A stretch of 64,000 bases of DNA from an uncultured Trueperaceae bacterium (GCA_963727505.1 CAVSGP010000009.1:576001-640000); one strand, 5' to 3'; numbered from the stretch's first letter, positions 41,062 through 50,426 are shown. Numbers and translations: made by a program. The notes: generated by a model from the letters alone, not told the origin.

Positions 41062-43296
41062 TCACGAGCGCTCCCGCCCGTCGCCGCCGACGTCGACGAA
41101 TCCCTGGTGCTCGAGCCCCTCCAGCACACCGGTGGCGAGCTCGGACTCGGCGAAATAGATGCCGCGCCGGCCCTTGAGCCGTTCCAGCTCGGGCGCGTAG
41201 TTCCCGACCACGATGCCGGGATGCCGGCTGGTCAGCATCTCGGTGTCGTTGCCCGAATCGCCGGCCACCACGATGTCGCGGCTCTTCACCCCCCACTTGC
41301 GCGCCAGGTAGTGGATGGCCTTGCCCTTGGACGCGCGCGAGGGAAGGACGTCGAGGTAGGCGCCGCTGGAGTGAACGACGGTCGCCTGCACGCCCGCCTC
41401 CGTGAGGGCTTCGCGTACCTGCTCGACGCGCCTCTCGCCCTCGTTGCCCTCCGCAGTGAGGTAGTAGCTCACCTTGAAGGCGCGCTGGGCATGCTCGGGT
41501 TGGCGCTCCAGGAACGGCAGCGCGTCGAGCGCACGTCGGACGGCGTCCGGCTTCCAGCCGTGCGACAGATAGTGGGCATAGCCGCGGTCGCGCACGGCTT
41601 CGGGACCGTAGTAGATCTCGGAGCCGACGGCACAGATGAGGACGTCGGGGGTCGGGATGGCGTGTGCCTCCAGCGCCTCGCGGACCTGTTCGAGGTTGCG
41701 GCCGGAGGCGACCGCGAACGCCATGTCGGCCTGCGCCAGCGCCCGTTGCAGACGCTCGAGGCCTTCGTCGTCGTCACCGCGGTCCTCGTCGATGAGGGTG
41801 TGGTCGATGTCGCTCACCAGCAGGCGCCGACCGGCGCGCAGGTGCTCGCCTGCACCGGTCCGCCAGGGCGCCCGCCGCAGCTCGTCGAGCCGCTCGCGCA
41901 GCGCCGTCACCTCTTCCAGGTAGGTGTCGGCGTGAGCTTCCCAGGCGTAGTGCTTGCGCACACCGGCGATGCCGTTCTCCGAGAAGCGGTCCCACTCCTC
42001 GCGGTCGACGAGGATGCGCTTCAGCGCGTCCTGGATGGCATGCGTGTCGCGCGCGTCGACCAGGATCCCACTGCCGCAGTTCTCGATGATGTCCTGCGGT
42101 CCACCATGATCGGTCGAGACCACGGGGAGCCCCGACGAGCTCGCCTCGATCAGGGTGATCCCGAAGTTCTCGACCAGGGCCGGGTTGACGAACACCCCGC
42201 GCTTGGCTGCCGCGATCCGGTACAGCACCGGGATGTCGGTGTCGGGGTCGTGCTTCTTGGGCAGAGCCATGCGGCCGTAGAGGTCGTAGCGGTCCATCAG
42301 CAGGAGCATCCGGGTCAGGACCTCCTGCTCGTTGTCGTCCATCTGCTCGATGTCGCGACGGACGCCCGCGAACACCGCCAGGTTGGCGATCTGCTGCAGC
42401 TCCTTGTCCTCGCCGTAGGCGGTGAGCAGGCCGTCGATGTTCTTGCGCCGATCGGGACGGCTGATGGCCAGGATGAGCGGCTTGTTGGGGTCGTAGAGGA
42501 AGCGCGCGATCTCCTGGCGCATACGGACCCGGGCGCGCACCACGTCCTCACCCGGATCGAAGCCCTCGTCGAGGTCGTAGTAGAAGGGATAGAAGGTGCT
42601 CACCTCGATGCCGGGAGGGATGACGTGGTACTTGGCCTCGGAGCTGGCATCGTAGAGCTCGTAGCCCCGCTGCACCTCGTGGTTGGTGCTGGCAATGACC
42701 AGATCGGCCTTGGCCACCACCTCTTCCTCGACGTCGATGCGGTGCCGGATGTGGTACTGCCGGTCGATCTCCTCGGCGGTCATGCCCGCGGCTTCCAGGA
42801 CCCGCAGCTTGTTGCGACCCAGCGAGTGCCCTGTGAACACCAGCGGCACGCCGAGCACGCTGGCGAGCTGCAGCGCCGCGTACCCCGCGTCGGCGTAGTG
42901 CCCGTGCACGATGTCGGGCCCGATGTGGTGTTGGCGGTTGAAACGCAGGACGCCCTCGACGAACTCGTCGAGCACCGGCCACAGCAGCTCCTTGCGGCGG
43001 TAGCGCGTACCCCCCGCCTTGATCCGAACCAGGCGGGCGTTCTCGCTCAGCTCCTCGATCTCGCGAGCGTAATCGTCGGACACGCGCGGATCATCGATGA
43101 GGCGGGTGAAGAGGTCGACCTGCCTCACCCCTTCGTGGCGGCCGAGCGCGCGCGCCAGCTCCACGACATACTTGGTCTGGCCGCCGGTGTCGGCGTCCCG
43201 CCCCAGCTCCAGGTCGCGCCCCCGGATCAAGCCGTGAACGCTGAACATCTGGATGACCAGTCCCTCGCCGTCGTGGCTGTCGGTGCCATCGGCCAT
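41062..43296 (-). CDS. Sucrose-phosphate synthase (GT4) fused to a HAD sucrose-phosphatase domain
   Basis: SVHGLIRG..ELGRDADTGGQTKYVVELA, HGHYADAG, TGHSLG, RPDRRKN, NPALVENFG. C-terminal SDIDHTL and AGDSGND. Confidence 0.9.
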   Translation of the reverse strand: MADGTDSHDGEGLVIQMFSVHGLIRGRDLELGRDADTGGQTKYVVELARALGRHEGVRQVDLFTRLIDDPRVSDDYAREIEELSENARLVRIKAGGTRYRRKELLWPVLDEFVEGVLRFNRQHHIGPDIVHGHYADAGYAALQLASVLGVPLVFTGHSLGRNKLRVLEAAGMTAEEIDRQYHIRHRIDVEEEVVAKADLVIASTNHEVQRGYELYDASSEAKYHVIPPGIEVSTFYPFYYDLDEGFDPGEDVVRARVRMRQEIARFLYDPNKPLILAISRPDRRKNIDGLLTAYGEDKELQQIANLAVFAGVRRDIEQMDDNEQEVLTRMLLLMDRYDLYGRMALPKKHDPDTDIPVLYRIAAAKRGVFVNPALVENFGITLIEASSSGLPVVSTDHGGPQDIIENCGSGILVDARDTHAIQDALKRILVDREEWDRFSENGIAGVRKHYAWEAHADTYLEEVTALRERLDELRRAPWRTGAGEHLRAGRRLLVSDIDHTLIDEDRGDDDEGLERLQRALAQADMAFAVASGRNLEQVREALEAHAIPTPDVLICAVGSEIYYGPEAVRDRGYAHYLSHGWKPDAVRRALDALPFLERQPEHAQRAFKVSYYLTAEGNEGERRVEQVREALTEAGVQATVVHSSGAYLDVLPSRASKGKAIHYLARKWGVKSRDIVVAGDSGNDTEMLTSRHPGIVVGNYAPELERLKGRRGIYFAESELATGVLEGLEHQGFVDVGGDGRERS

Positions 43297-43414
43297 GCTC
43301 GATACCAACCTCCGTGCACAGCGTAGCAGCCGGCGTTCGGAACGCCCGTAGGGGAGGGTAGGCCTGGGCGGCGCCGGCCCAGGTCACGGGTGCTATCCTG
43401 CGCCCGGAGGAGCG

Positions 43415-44575
43415 ATGCCGCTGTTCACCAAGCCCCCCGCTGTCCTGGCCCTGGAAGACGGAACCGTCTACTACGGCTACGCCTTCGGTTCCCCCGGCCG
43501 CACGGTCGGCGAAGTGGTCTTCAACACCTCGATGACGGGGTACCAGGAGATCCTGACCGACCCGAGCTACAAGGGGCAGATCGTGACCATGACGTACCCG
43601 CACATCGGCAACTACGGTGTGAGCGTCTACGACATGGAGTCGAACCGTCCCTACGCGCAGGGGTTCATCGTGCGGGAGTTCAGCCGTACCGCGTCCAACC
43701 ACCGTGCCAACCAGGACCTGCAGAGCTTCATGGAGCAGCACAGGATCGTCGGGATCGAGGGGATCGACACCCGCGCCCTGACCCGGCGCTTGCGCACGGG
43801 TGGGGTCGTGAAGGGGGTCATCCACCACGGCACCGTCGACGCCGCCCTCGAAGCCGAGCTGATCGAGATCGCACGGCAGCACCCGGATATCGATGGGCGC
43901 GACATGACGCCCGAGGTGACCACCCCGCTGCCCTACGCGCGGCCGTCGTTCAACGACCATCCTCGGGTGGTGGTGATGGACTTCGGCATCAAGCACTCGA
44001 TCGTCTACAAGCTGGAGCAGGCGGGTGCCGAAGTGATCGTCGTTCCGGCCCAGACCACGCCGGCGCAGATCATGGCGCTGGACCCGTACGGCCTGGTGCT
44101 CTCCAACGGCCCCGGCGATCCCGATGGACCCAAGTACGCGCACGACACGGTCTGGCAGTTGCTGGGCCTGCTGCCGACCTACGGCATCTGCCTGGGGCAC
44201 CAGCTGCTCGGTCTGGCCGTGGGCGGTCGCACCTTCAAGCTGCGCTACGGCCACCACGGTGCCAACACCCCGGTCAAGAACGTGGTCACCGGTGCGGTCG
44301 AGATCACCAGCCAGAACCACAACTACGCCGTGGACATCGATTCGATCCCCGGGCGCCAGTTCGTGGCCACCCACATCAATCTCAACGACGGCACCCTGGA
44401 GGGGATGGCGCACCAGCGCTACCCGGTCTTCAGCGTGCAGTACCACCCCGAGGCGAGCCCCGGACCCCACGACGCCAACTACCTGTTCCAGCGCTTCATC
44501 CAGGAAGTGAACGCCTTCGAGGGGGCCACGGCCCTGCCGGCGGCCGGCGAGCAGACGCTCACCGGCATGCTCTGA
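43415..44575 (+). CDS. carA: Carbamoyl-phosphate synthase small subunit
   Basis: [39 protein letters not shown]. Confidence 0.97.
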   Translation: MPLFTKPPAVLALEDGTVYYGYAFGSPGRTVGEVVFNTSMTGYQEILTDPSYKGQIVTMTYPHIGNYGVSVYDMESNRPYAQGFIVREFSRTASNHRANQDLQSFMEQHRIVGIEGIDTRALTRRLRTGGVVKGVIHHGTVDAALEAELIEIARQHPDIDGRDMTPEVTTPLPYARPSFNDHPRVVVMDFGIKHSIVYKLEQAGAEVIVVPAQTTPAQIMALDPYGLVLSNGPGDPDGPKYAHDTVWQLLGLLPTYGICLGHQLLGLAVGGRTFKLRYGHHGANTPVKNVVTGAVEITSQNHNYAVDIDSIPGRQFVATHINLNDGTLEGMAHQRYPVFSVQYHPEASPGPHDANYLFQRFIQEVNAFEGATALPAAGEQTLTGML

Positions 44576-44587
44576 CCCGCCGGACCC

Positions 44588-45010
44588 TCAGTTGACGACC
44601 CGGGTGGGCGCCTGCCGGTTCTTGCGCCAGCGCACCAGCAGGTAGGCGGCGAGGCCAACCGGCCCCAGCAACCACGTGAGAATCACGAACGGCGCCGCGG
44701 CGATCGACCAGTAGCGGGCGTCCCGGAAGATCCACACCCCCGTGAACAGCGACAGCGTGCTGAGGTCGGCCACTGCCAGCACCACCCCCCAGTCGCTGGC
44801 CAGCAGTGCCCTGGCATCGTGGAGCGTGAGGCTCGGCACGCCGGTGGAGAGCAGGGCGCCGACCAAGGGCGCCAGAGCGACGGCGCCGAGCGCGACGAAG
44901 GGCCACGGCGACTGCACCGCCGCGATGGTGAAGCGTCGACGTGGGAAGAGCAGCATCGCGCCCCACAGCAGCAGCGGCGCGAGCACGAACAGGTTGAACA
45001 GGCCATCCAT
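44588..45010 (-). CDS. ABA4-like (DUF4281) membrane protein
   Basis: 4 TM; LF.GVWI..DA ... ILTWLLGPVGLAAYL. Leaderless start after TACACT. Confidence 0.7.
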   Translation of the reverse strand: MDGLFNLFVLAPLLLWGAMLLFPRRRFTIAAVQSPWPFVALGAVALAPLVGALLSTGVPSLTLHDARALLASDWGVVLAVADLSTLSLFTGVWIFRDARYWSIAAAPFVILTWLLGPVGLAAYLLVRWRKNRQAPTRVVN

Positions 45011-45053
45011 GCGGCGAGTGTACCGTTGGCGGCCGGGCACGGTCAGGCGGGCC

Positions 45054-45080
45054 CGTTATGCAACCGTGACAGACGCATGG
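45054..45080 (+). promoter_or_regulatory. Candidate OmpR-type direct-repeat box before the response regulator
   Basis: CGTTA-tgcaac-CGTGA with 11-bp spacing; resembles the box at 47266-47291. Confidence 0.45.
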
Positions 45081-45095
45081 CACACTGGACGCAGC

Positions 45096-45800
45096 ATGGG
45101 CGGCGAACGCATCCTGCTCGTCGAGGACGACCGCGACATCGCTCGGGTGGTCGAGCTCCACGCGGCCGATCTGGGCAACGAGGTGGTCTGGACCCCGTCG
45201 GGCGAGGAGGGGCTCGAGCTGGCGCTGTCGGGCCGCTTCGCGTTGGTGGTGCTGGACCTGATGCTCCCCGATCTCGACGGCCTGGAGGTGTGCCGGGCGT
45301 TGCGTGCGAAGCGCCCGGAGGTGCTCATCCTGATGCTCACGGCGCGCTCCTCGGAGCTCGACCGGGTGGTCGGGCTCGAGCTCGGGGCCGACGACTACCT
45401 CGGAAAGCCCTTCGGCGTGCGCGAACTGCAGGCCCGCATCAAGGCGCTGCTGCGGCGCAAGCGCGACGCCTTGCAGGCAGAGCAGGCGCCGCGGAACGTC
45501 CGCGTCGGCGAGCTCGAGATCGACGCCCGCGCCCGCGAGGTTCGGCTGGCGGGTGAGCCGGTCCACCTCACGGGTCGAGAATTCGACTTGCTGGTGCAGT
45601 TCGCTCGCAACCCGGGGCGGGTCTACAGCCGGGCGCAGCTGCTCGACCTGGTGTGGGGCCAGGGGTTCGACGGCTTCGAGCACACCGTGAACTCGCACAT
45701 CAACCGTCTGCGGGGCAAGATCGAACCCGACCCCACCCAGCCGCGCTACATCCACACCGTGTGGGGCGTGGGCTACAAGTTCGTGGCGCCCGAGGCGTGA
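45096..45800 (+). CDS. OmpR/PhoB-family response regulator
   Basis: ILLVEDD, LDLMLP, MLTAR, GADDYLGKPF, wHTH with HINRLRGKIE and TVWGVGYKF. Confidence 0.95.
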   Translation: MGGERILLVEDDRDIARVVELHAADLGNEVVWTPSGEEGLELALSGRFALVVLDLMLPDLDGLEVCRALRAKRPEVLILMLTARSSELDRVVGLELGADDYLGKPFGVRELQARIKALLRRKRDALQAEQAPRNVRVGELEIDARAREVRLAGEPVHLTGREFDLLVQFARNPGRVYSRAQLLDLVWGQGFDGFEHTVNSHINRLRGKIEPDPTQPRYIHTVWGVGYKFVAPEA

Positions 45801-45807
45801 CGCGCGC

Positions 45808-47316
45808 GTGAGGACCCTCCACGCACGGTTGATGCTGGTGCTGGCGCTCACGCTGGTCCCGGCGGGTGCGGCGCTGCTGGCTCTGACGGTCCGGAGCGCC
45901 CGCGCCTACTACCAGGAGGTCACCCAGCGGCAGAACGCCGGTGTGGCCGCCAACCTGGTCTCGCAACACGACCTGATGATCGGCCACGACGTCGACCGTC
46001 AGAAGCTGGCGGACGTGGCCAAGAACCTGGCCATGACCAACCCGGGGGTCGAGGTGTACGTGCTCGACCCCGCAGGGCGCGTGCTTGCCGGCAGCATCGC
46101 GGCGGGCCAGCGCAGCCGGGAGTCGGTGGCGCTGGGGCCGGTCGAGGCGTTCCTGCGCGGCGACCCGCGCTTCCCGCTGCTGGGCACCGACCCGAGGAGG
46201 GGGGACCGGACGGTGTTCTCCGCCGCGCCCCTCGCCGGCGGCGGTGGGTACCTGTACGTGGTGCTCACCGACGAGCTGCGGACCGGGATCATGCGGGAGG
46301 TCCAGGGCAGTACCGCGTTGCGCGTCGCGATCTACGGCAGCCTCACCGTCCTCGCCCTGGTGTTGCTGGGGGGCGCCCTGTCGTTCTTCCTCCTGACGCG
46401 GCGACTCAGGCGCCTGCAGCAGGCCATGACCGCCTTCCGGAGTGCGGGCGGGACGCCGGACGCCGCCCTGCTGGCGCCGGTCGCGCAGCCGCGCGACGAG
46501 ATCGACGCCCTGCGCAACGACTTCGTCGCGCTCACCGTCCGTATCGGCGAGCAGGTGGACGCGCTCAGGCGGGCGGACCGGGTGCGCCGCGAGCTGGTCA
46601 CCAACGTGTCGCATGATCTTCGAACGCCGCTCGCCGCGTTGCGGGGCTCGCTCGAGACGCTGCTGCTCAAGGGGGAGAGCCTTCGCGATGACGAGCGCGC
46701 CGACTTCCTGATCACAGCCCAGGCGCAGTCGGAGCGACTGGGGCGCCTGATCGACCAGCTCTTCGAGCTGTCGCTCCTCGACGGCGAGGCGTCGCCGTTA
46801 CAGGCGGAGGACTTCCCGCTGGCCGAGCTGCTCTCCGACGCGGTGCTGAAGGAGCGCCCGCGCGCCGAGGCGGCGGGCGTGGCGCTGAGCGTCGAGGCGC
46901 CCGACAACCTGCCGTTCGTTCGCGGCAACCTCGGTCTGATCGAACGCACGCTGCTCAACTTGCTCGACAATGCGCTCCGGCACACACCGCCGGGAGGGGC
47001 GGTGCGTGTGAGCCTCCGAGCTGGCGAGCGCGGTCACGTGGTGGTCGAGGTCAGCGACACGGGTGAGGGGATCGCGCCCGAACACCAGCGACGCATCTTC
47101 GAGCGCTTCTACCGGGTCGGGGGCGGGTCCCGTACCGACGGCGGCGCCGGACTCGGTCTCGCGATCGCCGCGCGGGTCGTGGAGCTGCACGGCGGCACCC
47201 TGGCGGTCGACAGCCGGCCCGGGGAGGGGAGCCGCTTCCACTTCGATCTCCCGGCGGCGCCGTCCCGTGACCGTTCGGTGAACGATCGTGATGGGGGCGC
47301 CAGACCCGTTCCCTAG
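45808..47316 (+). CDS. Membrane sensor histidine kinase (HAMP-HisKA-HATPase)
   Basis: Two TMs flanking a periplasmic domain; NVSHDLRTPL, NLLDNA, DTGEGI, GAGLGL. Confidence 0.95.
   Translation: MRTLHARLMLVLALTLVPAGAALLALTVRSARAYYQEVTQRQNAGVAANLVSQHDLMIGHDVDRQKLADVAKNLAMTNPGVEVYVLDPAGRVLAGSIAAGQRSRESVALGPVEAFLRGDPRFPLLGTDPRRGDRTVFSAAPLAGGGGYLYVVLTDELRTGIMREVQGSTALRVAIYGSLTVLALVLLGGALSFFLLTRRLRRLQQAMTAFRSAGGTPDAALLAPVAQPRDEIDALRNDFVALTVRIGEQVDALRRADRVRRELVTNVSHDLRTPLAALRGSLETLLLKGESLRDDERADFLITAQAQSERLGRLIDQLFELSLLDGEASPLQAEDFPLAELLSDAVLKERPRAEAAGVALSVEAPDNLPFVRGNLGLIERTLLNLLDNALRHTPPGGAVRVSLRAGERGHVVVEVSDTGEGIAPEHQRRIFERFYRVGGGSRTDGGAGLGLAIAARVVELHGGTLAVDSRPGEGSRFHFDLPAAPSRDRSVNDRDGGARPVP
47266..47291 (+). 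promoter_or_regulatory. Candidate OmpR-type triple direct repeat before the spondin gene
   Basis: CGTGA-ccgttc-GGTGA-acgat-CGTGA; GTGA at 47267, 47278 and 47288. Confidence 0.5.
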
Positions 47317-47333
47317 GCTCGAGCTCGAAAGGG

Positions 47334-48290
47334 GTGAGAGCCTTGAGGAGAGTTCTGTTCAGTCTGTCGATGGGCATGGTCATCGCCGCGCTCACGGCGG
47401 CGTCGGCCCAGGATTCGATGGCGATGGGGGCGCACACCGTATCGGTCACCATCACCAACACCACCTCGCATCAGACGTTCAGTGCCCCGGTCCTGCTGGC
47501 GCACGACGCCAGCTACCAGCCGTTCGCGCTCGGGCAGCCCGCATTGCCGGAGCTGATCCCGCTGGCGGAGGACGGCATGACGCACGACTTCGAGACCGTC
47601 GCCAAGGTCGAGCCGTCGATCCTGGACTACGCCGTCGCCAAGGCGCCGCTGGCGCCCGGCCAGAGCGTCACGCTGCAAGTGCGCGTGGACGACGGGCACC
47701 AGTTGCTGTCGGCGTTCGGCATGCTGGTGACGACCAACGACGCCGTCTTCTACTACGGCAACGACCTGTCGATGTCCGACCTGTCGATGTCCGGGGACGC
47801 GGGCGGCTCCGCCATGGCCTCGGGCTCCGACTCGATGGGTTCGTCCGACAGCATGGGGTCGTCCGACAGCATGGGGTCTTCGGATGCCATGGGTTCGTCG
47901 GACAGCATGGGTTCGTCGGACAGCATGGGGTCTTCGGATGCCATGGGTTCGTCCGACAGCATGACCTCCTCCGATAGCATGGCTTCGTCCGACAGCATGG
48001 GGTCCTCGGACGGCGGCATGGGAGCGAGCGACATGGCGGGCGACGCCATGAACGCGCACGTGGACCTCTACGACGGCACCGTGCGCGTCCTGGACGCCGG
48101 TAGCGAAGCGAACACCGAGTCCTGCAGCGACGTGCCCGGCCCACCGTGCAACAGCGTGGGCGTGCGCCACCCCAACATGGCGGAGGGCGCCGTGGCCCTC
48201 CACAAGGGTCTCACCGGATCCGGCGATCTCGACCCCGCGGTCTACGGCTGGCACGATCCCGTCGCAACGGTGGAGGTGTCGACGCCCTGA
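47334..48290 (+). CDS. Secreted spondin_N-domain protein with a Met/Ser/Asp repeat insertion
   Basis: Signal peptide; VTITNTT..QTFSAPVLLAH, LAEDG, MLVTTNDA and LDAGSEANTE are spondin_N-like. About ten SSDSMG repeats are inserted. Confidence 0.82.
   Translation: MRALRRVLFSLSMGMVIAALTAASAQDSMAMGAHTVSVTITNTTSHQTFSAPVLLAHDASYQPFALGQPALPELIPLAEDGMTHDFETVAKVEPSILDYAVAKAPLAPGQSVTLQVRVDDGHQLLSAFGMLVTTNDAVFYYGNDLSMSDLSMSGDAGGSAMASGSDSMGSSDSMGSSDSMGSSDAMGSSDSMGSSDSMGSSDAMGSSDSMTSSDSMASSDSMGSSDGGMGASDMAGDAMNAHVDLYDGTVRVLDAGSEANTESCSDVPGPPCNSVGVRHPNMAEGAVALHKGLTGSGDLDPAVYGWHDPVATVEVSTP
47820..48010 (+). repeat. In-frame 18-bp tandem repeat encoding (G/T/A)SSD(S/A)M
   Basis: About 10 copies of ggttcgtccgacagcatg variants with a 54-bp higher-order duplication. 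Confidence 0.9.
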
Positions 48291-48539
48291 CCGGGAGGTC
48301 GGCTTGATTCCAGTCCCGTGACGTCGGTTCCGCGGTCGGATCCCCGGACGCCGTCCCTCGCACCTCGCACCGAACGCTCCGGCCGGAGCGGCCCCTGTGC
48401 CGCACCGGCCGGAGCCAACTCCGGTCGGGAGCGCATCCGACCGGTTGGGGGCCGGCGTCGGATCGGGGTCTTCGGCACAAGCGGAGGCAGCGTGGGGGAG
48501 CGCAGCACGCGTCCCCCGGGGGCCCGCACGGCATCTCTC

Positions 48540-48998
48540 TCAGCCCCGCCCGAACAGCTCCTCGCTGTCGAGCCAGAGGGTCACGGGGCCGCGGTTCACG
48601 AGCTCCACCTGCATCTCCTCGCCGAAACGCCCGGTCGCCACGGGAACGCCGGCGCCGTCGAGGGCCGCGACGAAGTGCCGGTAGAGGCGATCGGCCATCT
48701 CCGGCGGAGCCGCGTTCGTGAAGCCAGGCCGGTTGCCGCTTCGGGTGTCACCGTAGAGCGTGAACTGGCTGACGACCAGGCAACCGCCCCCCACGTCCTG
48801 CAGCGAGCGGTTCATCCGCCCGTCGTCGTCCTCGAAGACGCGGAGCTTACGCACCTTGTCGGCAAGCTTGTCGGCCACGCCTTCGTCGTCACCCGGACCG
48901 ACTCCCAGAAGCACGAGCAGCCCGTTGGCGGTTTCGCCCACCACGTCGCCGTCGATGCGGACGGACGCGCGGCTCACCCGTTGGACCAGCGCCCTCAC
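48540..48998 (-). CDS. dtd: D-aminoacyl-tRNA deacylase
   Basis: MRALVQRV, LRVFED, SQFTL, NRPGF, N.GPVT. Confidence 0.94.
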   Translation of the reverse strand: MRALVQRVSRASVRIDGDVVGETANGLLVLLGVGPGDDEGVADKLADKVRKLRVFEDDDGRMNRSLQDVGGGCLVVSQFTLYGDTRSGNRPGFTNAAPPEMADRLYRHFVAALDGAGVPVATGRFGEEMQVELVNRGPVTLWLDSEELFGRG

Positions 48999-49366
48999 GC
49001 CGCGCCGCCACCGGGCTCGCCGTCGCCGGGCTCGACGTCGCCGGCAGGGGCCATGGGCAGGAAGGTGTCGTGCTCGCCGGCGTCGGTGCCATCGGCTTCG
49101 AGGCGCTGGCGCGCCGTCTCGATCCTGGAGCGCAGCGTGCGAAGCGCGGTCCACAGCGTGTCGCGTTCGGTCTCACCGAGGTTCCCTGCGGTCTTGGCCT
49201 GCAGCATCTCGAGCAGGCCCAGGCTGCGCTCTGCGGCCTTGAGGCCGCGTACGCCGTCGCGGGCCGCATGCGCGCGTAGCGGCGTGTCGTCGTCTCCCAG
49301 CGCGACTTCCGCGGACGAACGCAATGCGTGGATCAGTCCCATGAACCGGGGATCAGCAGCACTCAA
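48995..49366 (-). CDS. DUF1844-like protein
   Basis: FMGLIHAL..AEVALG ... LLEMLQAKTAGNL. TTG start overlapping the udg stop is inferred. Confidence 0.7.
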   Translation of the reverse strand: MSAADPRFMGLIHALRSSAEVALGDDDTPLRAHAARDGVRGLKAAERSLGLLEMLQAKTAGNLGETERDTLWTALRTLRSRIETARQRLEADGTDAGEHDTFLPMAPAGDVEPGDGEPGGGAA

Positions 49367-49977
49367 AAGAGGCCCCCCTGGTGAGCAGTGTCGATGACGG
49401 TCGCCGGCCCCTTCGGTGGCAGCGTGTCCATGACCCTCACCAGCTCCTGCATGTCCTGCCAGGTCTGCCACTTCGGGCTCCCGCGATCGCGGCTCGGGTT
49501 CCTCAGCAGGTAGGCGGGGTGGTAGAGCGGGAACGCCCGGATGCCGTGCCAGTCGAACCACTGTCCGTGGGTGCGGGTGATGCCGTCCTTGGTTCCCAGG
49601 AAGTACTGCGTCGGCACGTTGCCCAGCGTGCCGATGATCTGCGGTCCGATCAGCTTGATCTGCGCGAGCAGCACCGGCTCGCTCGCGGCGATCTCCTCGG
49701 GCCGTGGGTTGCGGTTGCCGGGCGGCCGGAACTTCACCATGTTGGTGATGTAGATCTCGTCCCGGTCGAGGCCTACGGAGGCGAGCACGCGATCGAGCAA
49801 CTGCCCCGCGCGCCCCACGAAGGGCCGCCCCGAGAGGTCCTCCTCCTCGCCCGGCGCCTCGCCGATCAACATCAGGCGGGAGTCGGGATGCCCCTCTCCG
49901 AAGACGAGGTTGTTCGAGAGTTCGCGTAGTGCCTCGGGCCGCTCCGCTGCTTGCTGCTCCAGCTCGTCCAGCGTCAC
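49363..49977 (-). CDS. Uracil-DNA glycosylase family 4
   Basis: GEAPGEEED, GRPFVGRAG, RPPGNR, YHPAYLLR. The Fe-S Cys residues are not evident. Confidence 0.9.
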   Translation of the reverse strand: MTLDELEQQAAERPEALRELSNNLVFGEGHPDSRLMLIGEAPGEEEDLSGRPFVGRAGQLLDRVLASVGLDRDEIYITNMVKFRPPGNRNPRPEEIAASEPVLLAQIKLIGPQIIGTLGNVPTQYFLGTKDGITRTHGQWFDWHGIRAFPLYHPAYLLRNPSRDRGSPKWQTWQDMQELVRVMDTLPPKGPATVIDTAHQGGLF

Positions 49978-50045
49978 GGACTAGTCATAACACGGGCGAG
50001 GCACGCATCCCGGACCGGCCCCGGGGGCCACCGGCGATCGGTGGC

Positions 50046-50426
50046 TCAGATCGGCGCGCTGCTCAATGGCGGCCGCTGGCTACGGACTTCGCGCCGCACC
50101 TTGGGCTCCAGTCCGATCATCAGGAAGAAGTTCTCCAGCGCGTTCTCTTCGCCCTTGATCTCCGTGAAGGTGCCGTCGTCGGTTCCCGTGACGAAGGGGA
50201 GTTCCTGATAACGGCGCAGCGCTTCCCGCACGACCTCCGACGGGCTCTGCGTCTGGGCGATCTCGGTGAGGCGGGCGTACACGGTCCTTCGCGCTTCGGC
50301 GTGGCGGCGGAAGGTCTCGGGGTTTTCGGTCTCGGCCGAGCGCAGCAGGTCCTGTTTGGCGATGCGCCGATAGTGCTTCAGTCCCCGGATGATCTCGTCC
50401 GAGCTGAGAACCACCTTGACGTCCAT
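50046..50426 (-). CDS. Conserved-looking hypothetical protein (126 aa)
   Basis: AAAGGAGAGG SD before ATG; GC3-rich codons; helical composition. Confidence 0.75.
   Translation of the reverse strand: MDVKVVLSSDEIIRGLKHYRRIAKQDLLRSAETENPETFRRHAEARRTVYARLTEIAQTQSPSEVVREALRRYQELPFVTGTDDGTFTEIKGEENALENFFLMIGLEPKVRREVRSQRPPLSSAPI

Noticed and set aside
41107..43326. 739-aa plus-strand ORF
   Set aside because: Antisense shadow of the sucrose-phosphate synthase gene; no recognisable motifs.
47820..48010. Possible CRISPR or non-coding repeat
   Set aside because: The 18-bp units are in frame and vary mostly at synonymous positions, so this is a protein repeat.
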